This document shows, piece by piece, positions 1 through 11,400 of a stretch of DNA of 64,000 nucleotides (its first letter is position 1; every line of letters starts with the position of its first letter). The stretch is taken from NCBI GenBank assembly GCA_032718475.1, contig JAUCBJ010003676.1:80763-144762 (forward strand), written 5' to 3'. A model generated the notes under the pieces. It made no database searches and was not told the origin of the DNA. It saw only the letters and a program-made list of their open reading frames with translations. The stretch comes from Nemertoderma westbladi. Lineage: Eukaryota > Animalia > Xenacoelomorpha. The translations under genes and the position numbers were made by a program.

Positions 1-136
1 GCAATATTAAGTATGCAATAATTAGATAGTGATTATATTTATATTTTAGGCCCTACCAGTAGATTTAGAAGTAGTTTGTAAATATTTTATATTTCGATTG
101 GTGAAAACAGTCTTACTTACTGTTTTCATGGAGCGG

Positions 137-548
137 TGATGAATTATTTCACTATAAGGTAGCATTTGTAGTTTAACTTTAACGTAAAAACTTTCGAAAA
201 TCCAACGCATTTTGATTAAGTTACAGTAATGTAATATGCCTATTCATATTTGTACACATAAAACCCTTAGGTACTCTCGTGGTGTAGTGGTCAGATGGTT
301 AAGGCGTTGGTTACATTACAGATAGGTTACGAGTTCGAATCCCGGTCGGGAAATTTGTATTTTGGGGCCATTTATTTTCGTTTGGTGCTAATTGGTGGAC
401 CAATGAGAAGCGTACAACGTAGCGAATGATGAGCCAGGCCAATCATAGGGCATAAATTATCTTATTGCTCAAATGTGAGGCAGTGGAAAATTCTGTTAGG
501 ATTCCATGTCCCAGATTAGTGTAAGGGCCGGATTGCGTTGAATGATGA
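137..548 (+). mobile_element. Left part (U3) of a long 3' LTR of a BEL/Pao-like element whose body lies upstream of the window; split by the 549-17084 insertion
   Basis: TGGAGCGG at 129-136 followed by TG is the same PPT-position motif that precedes the 3' LTR of the intact element. The sequence resumes after the TSD at 17090 with a second diverged copy of a ~115-bp CCAAT-containing unit. Confidence 0.55.
274..350 (+). other. tRNA-derived (SINE-head-like) Pol III promoter module
   Basis: A-box-like TGGTGTAGTGG/TGGTCAGATGG and B-box GAGTTCGAATCC at tRNA-like spacing; no convincing acceptor or anticodon stems. Confidence 0.55.
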
Positions 549-2775
549 TGTTAAACAACCGCGACACCTATACTAACAGCAGAACTGTTGAACAGACAAA
601 TACCCGTATACCTCTCTGCCAACCTAATGAGCTCTCGCCTAACCAATAAGACACAAAGACTGCTCTACTGTTAAGTAAAGGGGATCAGGAGTGTGCTATT
701 ACTAAATTGTAAGGGTTGCTAAATACAAAACCGCTACTTACCGTTGGATGGCGCTAATCTGCCGTCCGCTAATATATTTTACTAAATTTACACAACTCCT
801 GCAAAATCGCTTGTTCCTTTCTCTACCGATCGCTCGATAGAGAGCTAACTGTTCGAATCTATGAGCCACGCGGGAATAACCAAAACAATAAACCCGAGTC
901 GGCTCCCTAAGCTTACTTAAGACGAGTGCGAGGGGCTTTGCACTCAGAGTATATTCTTACGCCTAATTTTACCACTGAAATACGCTAATGCCTACGTCTT
1001 TTCTAATCGCGAATACTGGGGGTTCCCTAACGGAATGTGTGAATGCGAGAATATTTAAAATAATCAAAATGGTACAGTACAATGTCTTTCGTAGGTGATA
1101 CCGCTCTGGGTCTAAACTTGCCTGCAGCTGGCTTTAGGCCAGCAACTCACTAGTGTCTTGCGTACTGACTATTGCGATCTAGTTTATTACCCGCTAATGC
1201 AAATAACCGCTTAGCGTGAATAGTTTACAGTACTCTAATTATTACCTTAGCTACTCTCCGCTATGCTGCGTACTAATTCTTAATTTTTACTAATCAATTA
1301 CAGTCACAAATATGTAACAGCGTACTAATTACTAAGAGTTCCAGAATGCGTAATTCTAATTTATTACGCAACAGGTTTCGCTAGTAATAGCCTAAATTGC
1401 CGTATTACTTTGACCTAAGCAGTAGTTAATTGTTGTAACTAAGAAATAGAAATCAATCAAAAGGGAATGGGGTGCCTACCTAAGCATTCGTAATCATAGG
1501 CACACTTCAGTAACACACCAATCAGCATCAGCAATCACAGATCACAATAGTACAACTTGCAATTATACAATCTGCAATTATATAATTCGCAACATAATAA
1601 TTCGCAATTGACTAATTCGCAATCTACTTACTCGCAACTTACTTACTGTAAGGTATGCAGGCCCCTCCCGGGTACATCTAGGCTTCCTAACTAACCCAAT
1701 TCCTGCCCCCTAATACTAAATAGAGACAAAACCTGGATCATCAGCCCCCTAATTACTGTACCAGCGAGCGGTCTCCAACCTACAGTCCAAATCGCCCGAC
1801 CGCAACGTTGACCCCCGCCAGCGTTGCCCGCTTTTGAATCCTCCGCTCTCCCTAGTCGCTCAACCCCCCGATGTGCCCACCGCCCACTGGCACCTTAGCC
1901 CTTCATTATGCTAATAGCTACCGTAGCGGCGCATGCAAATCACAAAGTCTGACAGTCTCAGAAATCCCTTAGGATTATTGCGCAGAAAGGAATCACATAG
2001 AACCATTAATCAAAAGTAGAAATCATAGTTCAGTTGTAATTAGCAGTAATCGAAGGAATTAATTGAGAAACACAATCGAGAGTAATCGCACTAGCAAATC
2101 ATTCCAAGAAATTAATCAAAATTAGCAAATTGCAGAAAATACGCTAAAATATCCGTCAAAAATTGAATAGGGACAGCTCAGCAAGTACAAAGATGATAGC
2201 AGATCATGTGAGGTGTCATGGGGCAGATTGGTAAGGCTCTACCGGCACACCGCCAATTTATAGGTGATCCGGGTGGGTGATGCAATAGGGTGACTCAATC
2301 GCTCTCCTATTGGCTCTCCAGTCCGTGCTAGCATTAGACCAACCTGGAAGCAGTTAGTCCAATAAGGAGGCCGGATTGTAGCCCTATTGCTCCCCAACCT
2401 CAAATTATTACCATATATGGTAATGGTTCACGTCCCTGGCTGCTGAATGGCCAGGACAGCGTCCCTATATGCTAGCCCTATCGATGCTAATATCAGCAAG
2501 CACAAAATCCAGGGTCCGAATAAACTTGCTACCCTGGAACTATCTACATATATCCTAATACAAAATTACGTAGGTAGGGCTACATACTATACAAAATGGA
2601 TGGATTCAAAATATATGGGCGTTTCGATTTCCCTATCTAAATATCATTGCGTTATTATGCCTTATCTAAAATATTATGCTGCACAACGGACTAATATTAC
2701 ATACAGTATAACGGACTAATATTGTGTACAGTATAACGACTAATATATGTGGATACAGCGCCATATACCGTAACA
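549..2775 (-). repeat. 3' LTR of intact BEL/Pao element (2227 bp)
   Basis: Direct repeat of 14857-17084 with about ten differences by eye; preceded on the minus strand by TGGAGCGG at the PPT position. Confidence 0.96.
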
Positions 2776-4058
2776 CCGCTCCAAGGGAAATCATACAATG
2801 TTTCCCTCCAATTGTAGAAGAGTATAAGGTGATGTATACAAACAAAATAAATTTCTTCCAAATAATCTAGAAAACACAATAATTCTACTATTTACAAATA
2901 TTGCCATAGATATTGCATAATGAATTTACATACAAATTAAAATTACAAAATATTATCTCTCTCAATGTTAACGATTATTACATACAAATTAAATTTACAA
3001 AAATACTGTTTCTCATTCGTTCTACATAATGATTACTACATACAAAATTAAATTACAAAAATATTACTTCCTTTATTTATTTACAAATTGACTGTCTACC
3101 TATTGAAATGGAACATGGCTAGGACAATGTCCCCCATTTCCCATCTCAAATTAACGATCAACATTAACAAGATAAACTAAATATAAACGTATTTGAGGCT
3201 AAATTTTTAACTAAATTGCATTAAAGGCCGATAATCAAATTAAATATAAAATACGTAATAATTTCTTTCATTTTCGGACTTTACTTAATTTCTTATAAAA
3301 AACGCAAATCATCTTGGTTTGATGATTGCTCAGGTAAGTGAAAGGAGTAAGCCAAACCCGCGGGTTTGTCTCCCCAATCACTTCCTTTGCCTCTTTCAAT
3401 AAACTTTAGAGCAAATAAAGTCATATACACAAAATCAAATATAATATAGGCTCAAAATCATATTTCCAACGGACTATAAAATAAAATTATTTCCTTTCAA
3501 TATTTTTCGGCCTTCGAAAATAAAACTCTAAAATATGGATACGACTAGTGTATATGAGTCCAGTCGAATGATTGATCAAAACCTACGATATGCATCAGAG
3601 CGACGATGATGTATATGTCTAGAGTTTGACGCTCCGTGATATTATAGTCTCATCGGCTAGCTCCTGGGTCTCTCGGGCTCGCTCCCTTCTCCAGATACAC
3701 CAGTCTACCCCCTGTAGACTCTGTTGACGGCGTCCTTGAGGCGTCACTTCCCGGAACCGGCGACGACGTTCCCTGGGCACTGACTATCTCCCGACTGGTG
3801 CTCCTCCCTCGGCCTCGTCCCATTTGCCGTGTCCCTGTGGGCGCCTCCGCCAACTCCTCTTTCTTCAACTTTATAGAATGGAACTGCTCGTCCTTGGCTT
3901 GACGCTTGCCAAGGACTCCTCCTTCTGGTACTTGCCGCGAGCTGTGAGGTCCGGCTGTTGTCTCTGTGGGCGCGGCGGTCCTGATCCTCCACTCGTTCAG
4001 AGGTCAATGACCCCAAACGAGTCTCCTTAGGCCGCCAATTGTGCGCTGGGTAATAAAT

Positions 4059-4750
4059 CTAGACGTATATATCAGAGCGACGATGATATATAAAGGATTG
4101 GACATATTCGGGCTTAATAATGCGTTCGTCGAAACTTCCCGAAATAATTTGGAGTAAATATCGTATAAATCGCGGATCGTGGGTATGGTTAGTAGACGGA
4201 TGGACTGCGCGAATCTCGTCTGGATACTCAGGCGTGACCTTCCTTTCCTGGTGAAGCGAAGTGAACGTGGTCCAGGAACTCGAGTCCCGTGCCGCTTCGC
4301 GCCGCGCCTCTAGGTCTTTATAGGCTCGGTATAGCGAAATGGCCGCCACCGTGTCTATCAAAGCGGGTGTCGAACAGGTTTAATCTCCGTATACGGATCT
4401 AATGTCGTAACGGTCGGCGTAATGGGTCTCGGAGTTCGCTTTCCGCTGAAGTCGATACTGATCATCGGGTTGCTCATCGGGTAACCTCCCTCGTTATATC
4501 TAAGGAACTGGTGAGCTTGACATCGCGTTAATATCGGTTCTGGATGTTGCTCGTCTAGTCGGTCGGGAATCGTGGGTTTGTATTTCCCATTTAGCTCCAT
4601 CACCAACCGCCCATGGTAGTAAACGTTCGAATCTTTACATCCCGGTCGCGCGAATGGTAACTCCGCCTCCTCTCTGGCAGTAAATCCTCTGCGCGGTTGC
4701 GCTCTAATATCCTTCTCCATTATGCCCGCGTATATACATATATATCCCAA
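4059..4750 (-). CDS. Two overlapping accessory ORFs (about 120-130 aa and 100 aa) of unknown function in the 3' internal region
   Basis: GC-rich island with ORFs 4358-4750 and 4059-4361 overlapping at TTGA, sense to gag-pol; no recognisable domain. Confidence 0.35.
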
Positions 4751-5478
4751 TAAGTGTTCCGTTACGCAAACCAGTTACACCGTGGGTAATCAGTTAGATG
4801 TCGCAGAAGGACAGACCTCCCGAACCCCCCCCCCCGCCTTCCAGCAGTTCAGGTTCGACTCTCTAGATCCCGTCTCTTCCTAACTAACTATCCTCTAACC
4901 TATTCCCATGCATAGCGCAAAACTTTGGAGATAAACTGGCCGTGACCAACTTACTTTTTGATGCCCAAACTACTCCCATTACTCGTACTAAACTACAGTA
5001 GTTAGAAAGGACTATAGCCACAATACTCGACTATACCAAACCCACAGGTTTGATAATCGAACATCACACATCCTGCAAACTACTGAGTGGGGTCCATGTA
5101 CGCCTCTGGTGCTACTAACCTTTAGCACCTTAGTTGCACTGTTGGCACCAATCTGTGGAAGTTGCTAAACTCAATTTACACTCCTATGTAATATAGCCGT
5201 CACCATGGTTTCTAAATGCTATTTTCCAGGCTTCACGACTTTTCAAATTACTGTTTATCTATAGACGAATTCTAAAACGCGTCTATACACAGCGTCTGGA
5301 ATTGTCTTGGGTTCACTTTTCTAATTTTAAAATTTTAATTTTTCCAAAAATTTTGAAAATAAAATTTTGTTTTGATACCCACCAGACAAAACTCAACGCA
5401 AATCACCACAACCCCGCTCCTATGCATTTCCTTGTATTTGCATACGAGGAATGCATACGAAGTGAGTTGCGTCCAACA

Positions 5479-8400
5479 CTAACTCTGTTTTGAGGCAGGA
5501 GACAAATTATAATCTCCCGTCTCGATACGTGTCTCCTCTAATAACACGATATCTTGGACCGGTCGGTCCAAGGTGTGTAAACCATTAGTTTTACACTTTT
5601 TTGGGTGCGGACACTTGCACCTAATTTTCACAGTGACTGTGCGCACTATGTTTTGCACGTCTGGGTGTGTGTGCAAGATCACTCCCGTCTCCCAATACTT
5701 TCTCTTGACAATAGGTTCGGTTATCAGTACGTAATCTCCCCTTTGGAGGCCCCGAACCGTTTTGTACCACTTTGTTCTGGTGGATATGGTGGGAAGATAG
5801 TATTCCCGCCAATATTCCCAGAATGTGTACGCTACTAATTGAGTCACTTTCCAGCTCTTACGACTATATAGGTCGGCACTAATGGGTTCTGATGCCGGCA
5901 CAAGAAATGCTGGACTCTGCATTAGCAAATGATTCAGCGTTAATGCAACACCGTCTGGCAACATAGCTATCGGCCTCGAGTTTAGGGTATGCTCGATTTC
6001 AATGAAAGCTGTAACCAGTTCGTCGTCGGTAAGTTGTTTGTTTACAGGCAACGTCTTAGCAATGGCCTGCTTCACAGAGCGAACTAAACGCTCCCAACTT
6101 CCTCCTCTCCAAGGACTTTCTGGAGTATTGAATCTCCATTCTACTCTTTGCGGCAAAAGTGCTGCAGAAATTTCCTTATTCTGTGCCGCTTTATGAGCCG
6201 CGTTCAACTCGCTATTCCCTCCGACAAAGTTTGTACCCTTATCGGAGTAGAACGCCTTTACTAGTCCTCTCCTGGCCATAAATCTCTTTAAGGCCAGGAG
6301 CAGAGATTTGGTCGACATGTCTGCCACACGCTCAATGTGTATGGCTCTACTAGCCATACATGTCAGTAGCAGACCCCATCGCTTGTGGGTCAGCCGTCCA
6401 CTCTTTGCTTCAATCGGACCAAAACAGTCCACCCCTGTGTTCGTAAAGGGTGGGTCATATGCCTGCACTCTCGCTTCCAGGAGTTCAGCCATCTCCTGTT
6501 CCAATACTCTGGCGTTCACCCTCTTGCAAACCAGACAGGCGTCATACATAGTGCCGACTGCCCTGCTTGGCTGCAATAAAATGAATCGCTGTCTCGCTGC
6601 CGACAGACAGTGTAACTTTCCCGCGTGATGCAACCGCTTGTGTATATCCCATAGAATCGCTCTTTGCAATTCTATTGGGTGACTAGGGATTATCACTGGG
6701 AACCGAAACTGTGAGTTTATGTCGACAGTCTGGATTCTCGATCTATGACAAATTAAACCCTTATGGATTAATGGGCTCCATTTTCTAAGGGGTTTATAGA
6801 GAACTGGTCGTTGAGCCGATAATAGATGGAATTCTTTTGGGAAGGCACACATTTGATAATGCTTCAAATGCTTTAATTCCGCTTGATCAATCTCATCCTC
6901 TGTCAGAGGTTGTTTCAATTTCCGAATTCGCTCACTATTGGTGCTCAATGGTTCTCTCAAATGTTTCGAATGTTTTAAACAAAGGTACGAAATGTATCGG
7001 CTTAACCACGCAGTTCTTTTACAAATTGTCAGCCAAGAGGCAGACGAATTTAGTAATTTGTCATAAATACTGCATGACTCTAATGCCAGCGACGGTTGTC
7101 CGCTAACTAATGGAAGTTTCGAATCCAAACCCGCAGGTTTGGAAACCAAAGGCTCCATTTTGTCAGTCATTTTCTGTCCGTCACTTATCAACTGTGACTG
7201 TCGTCTAGTCTGTAAGGGTGGTTTTACGTCATAACTTACCCTTCCGGACCTAGTAGTCACGTAAGTCTGTTGGTCTGACAGGTCTCCGGGCCGCTCCAAT
7301 GACTCTTCAGGCCGCTCCAATGACTCTTCAGGCCGCTCCAATGACTTAAGTTTGGCTTTAGACTTTGACTTAGAGACTTTCTCCACCTTGACTTCTGCAT
7401 CTTCAGGCATCGGATTGGTCACTATCTTTAGTCGCTCTGGCCAATGTTCCTGTGTCCTCGTTAGAAAATCAGGTCCATGCAACCAAAACTCCTGAGACTC
7501 TTCCTGACAGAATTCCACCGGCATTGCACCTCTCGAAGTTATGTCGGCCGGGTTCAACACTCCCGGACAATGTCTCCATTGTTCCTTCGTCGAAAAGTCA
7601 ACGATCTGAGCGCGTCTGTTGGCCATAAATGTCTTTAGTGCAATATTGTCGGCCGCAATGTATACTAACACCAAGGATGCGTCCGTCCAATAGAATAAGG
7701 TCAATGTCGTGTCTAACTCCTCTGTTATCTGCTTACTTACCTCGACTGAAACTACAGCCGCCTGTAACTCTGCACGAGGGACAGTCATGTATTTGACCGG
7801 CATTGTCTTTGATCTAGAAGTCACAAAGGCCGTCTCAAACTTGTCCTGACTTACCTCTCGGCGAAGGTAGGCTACCATACCAAAGCCGGTGTCACTTGCG
7901 TCACTGAACAGATGCAGTTCGAGATCAGCTGGAAATACCAGCTGATTCGGAAAGTAGGAACGGGGTACGTCTATGTTTTTCAATAGATGTAACTCGGCTT
8001 CCCACTCCCTCCACTGCTTTGCATGTATAGGAGATATTGGTTCGTCCCACTCTAAGTCGGACAACCAAATTTTCCTCATGCACGCTCGTGCCTGTAATAT
8101 AACCGGACTGATAAAATTCATCGGGTCAAATAGTCTACTTAATGTCGATAAGCAAATCCTCTTTGTCAAAACTTTGTCTGGGCTACTGGGCTCAAATCTA
8201 ACTCTTACCTGGAACTTATCTGAGTTCGGGTTCCAAGCGAGTCCCAGTACTCGCGCCATGGGGATTGGTTCTACCCCCAATTCTATGTCTCCGCTCCCGC
8301 GATCTTTTACCGGGAACGATTCTAATAGGGCCTCCGAATTTGTAGTGAACTTGGTTAGAGGAAATCCCCCTGTAGCCAAGCACTCTTGCAGGCCGTGAGC

Positions 8401-11400
8401 CACTTCTATGGCTTGTTCCGCTGTGTCCTTGGACACCAATCCGTCGTCCATGTAGAAGTTTCTCAAGATGGACTCGATTACTTCTACTGGATACTTACCA
8501 ATCTGGGCTGTTGCCGTTTTCTTTAGAACAAACAGCGTGCCGTTCGGACTATCGCGGGCGCCAAATATCCTAACGTACATTTGGTATGTAACCACTGGGC
8601 CGGATAAGTCTTCATTCTCGTACCAGAGAAAGCGAAGGCTATCCTGGTCTGCCTTACAGGCTCTTACCTGGTGGAACATCGCCTCGATGTCACAAGTAAA
8701 TGCGAATCGCCGCTGTCTAAAACGTAACAGTATTCCAATCAAATAGTTGTTCAGGTTGGGTCCATCCATCAACTCTGAATTCAGGGACATACCTCTATAG
8801 ACTGCTGCGCAGTCGTTGACTACTCGGACTTTGTCTGGTTTGTCAGGGTGAGTCACATAGTGGTGTGGAAGGTAATAAGTCTGGTCTGTCACTAAGTCAG
8901 GGTCCTCTACCTTCCCAGCAAATCCCTTGGCGAAATAGTTGTTGATCTGGGCGCAATACTTCTCCCTAATGTCTGGATTCTTCAACAACCGAGCCCTTAC
9001 TCCGTTTAATCTTTTCAAGGCTAAGTTATAGTTGTTCTCCAACTTAGGTGGTTGTCGACGCCACAACATTCCAACTTCAAAATGTCCAGTCGGTAGTAGA
9101 CGTATGGTATCTTCCATCATCTCCAGCGACCGTTTCTCATCAGTAGACATGGCTAGGTCATATCCACCGGGTTCCATTGCGTCCCTATCCAGCCATTCGA
9201 CGGTTCTGGCTCCTGTCTCGAGGTCCTGGCGTATCAATTCCTTCTGTAATTCCTCCTCACTGTATTGGAAAATGTCTAGGTCTCGATATTTAGCCACTTG
9301 ACCCTCCACTATGTCTGTATAAGTCAAAACGTTAGTCAAATAGGTAGCGTGGGCCGCTGAACCAGACCCACGGGTCTGATAACAGTAGTCCTCGGGTTCA
9401 CTATCTGTCCGGTCGTTGTGAAGTGGTTCCGACAACCTAACATTATCGGGAATCAACTCCTCGTCCGACTCGCTAAAGTCGCTATAGTGGTCAATACAGG
9501 TTCTCCTAAACTCGTCTATGTCTGGTGGTTCTACTAACGGTGGTTGAGTTATAGGCTGTAATTCGTCGTATCTGTCCATTGGCTTGTCACCACCTGTAAA
9601 CTCATAAGACATGGGTACTCGTGTATACCAACCTAATATAGTCCTATGGGCATGTGGTCCATTGACATGCGGCTCAGCTGGTCTCGTTTCCCATATTTGG
9701 TGTGCGATCAGCTGTTCTGCACCAATTAACATAGAAACATTCCTATAACCTACCTGGTGTCTGGGTATCCTGAGCTTGTCAAAATACTCCTGTGCTATGG
9801 GACTCATCGGCGGCACCTTACCTAACTGCCTGCCGAATCCCTTCATAGCTAGACACTTAAATCCGTCCAATGGCAAAGCTTTCCGTTCTTGTCGAGTATG
9901 TTGGTCTCTCGGAAGTAGGGAATCTAGTTCTACCGAAATTCTGTGTCCCTTGAGGTCTCCTACTCCATGCATAGACTTCAACTCTATTTGGATCTCCTCG
10001 GCGTCCTGGAAGCTAGAAACAGCTCTCGCCACTTCCTCGTCGATATAAGATAATGTGGACGCAGTGTCCAACATCACATATATCCGCTTTGATCCCTTAT
10101 CGCCGGTAAGTTTCACCGGAATCACTCTAAATATTTCCGACGTTGCCGATGATAAATACGTCCGCGCGCTGGTCGATGAACTATCCGCGGTGAAACCTTG
10201 GCAGGTCACCTCTCTCGCGCTCGACTCGCCATCCTCGTCCGACGAACCTGGTTGATAACCATCGTCCTGGATGCCGGTGTACGTATTCCTCCTTATCGAT
10301 ACGGGTTCTTTGCTCCCCTTCCTTTGAGGATTTCGCTGTAAGTAACGGTCCGTTGGGGTGTGGAAATCCGCATGTAGCAACTTGTGATGTAGTCTGCCGC
10401 ATTCCATGCATCCGTCCTTGCTGTTCGGGCACTGCCGCCGTACATGACCTGGCGCAAGACATGCCCAACAGGTGTCCAACGTCCGCACTTGAACTCTTCT
10501 CTGTTCCGAATTTAATTCTTTGAACCGTCTGCAACTATCTAACTTATGATCGTCAGATCTTACCTCCTTTAGTAAACAGTATTGGCAACCTACAAATCCA
10601 TCCGGCAACTCCTGTTGCTTTAACCTAGGTCTATCTAACCGCTCACCTGACCATACTCGCGAGTCTGATCTAAAGGCTGGGGTACTCGAATTATATCTGT
10701 CTACTGAGTTATAAGTCACAGTGGTCCTGTTATCGTCAAAACTTACCATAGACTTACCGGTAACAGGCTTAGACTCTCTCATATTCTCTTCTGAGAAGTT
10801 TGATTTCATCTCTGCTACTGCTTCTGTGGCTATCATGTCATGAATATGCTGAAGTGTCAACACCTTACCTTGGCCCTCCAACTTATTCTCTAATTTGCGC
10901 CATTTCTGTCGATAACGCATGTTTAAACGTCTAATTACGCTTTTCAAAACTTCGGCGTGATCACCATGATGAGGTAGATTCACCGTCCTCAAGATGTCCA
11001 ATGCGTTCGAAATAGCGTTCGCTAAGTTCAACAGCTCTAACGGAGTTGTAATCCTTCCGCCCTTACCCAAGTCTTCTACTATCGACTGCGCCATCTTTGT
11101 TTTATTCCCGTAGATGTCGCTAAGCGTCTTCATCGCTAACTCGAATGCCCTTTCATTGCCGACGAAGTTATCAGCAATGGCTCTAGGTTCTCGATGGAGC
11201 ATCTGAAGCAAATAGTTGAACTTCTCGTTGGGAGTAAAGGTGCTGTTGGTTAGCTGCTCGTCGACATAGGTTTTAAAGGTCCTCCAATGCTTATGGTTGC
11301 CCATAAACTTCTGGGGTTGTTGCGTCGGCAGTCCTTGCCTAGCAGCAAACTTACCTATGTCCCTAAGGGTTGCGTCGTTCCGGGTTAACAAATGGTTTAG

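Noticed and set aside
274-350. Functional tRNA gene
   Set aside because: Acceptor and anticodon stems do not pair convincingly; only the A/B boxes are retained
2447-2719. Duplicated 90-aa ORF (also 16756-17028)
   Set aside because: Identical only because it lies in the LTRs; antisense, with no domain
4300-4470. ExoI-like ISIDFSG and ExoIII-like IDTVAAISLYRAY in the intact element's 3' ORFs
   Set aside because: Catalytic E and Y are absent and the motifs are too close together for a DEDD fold
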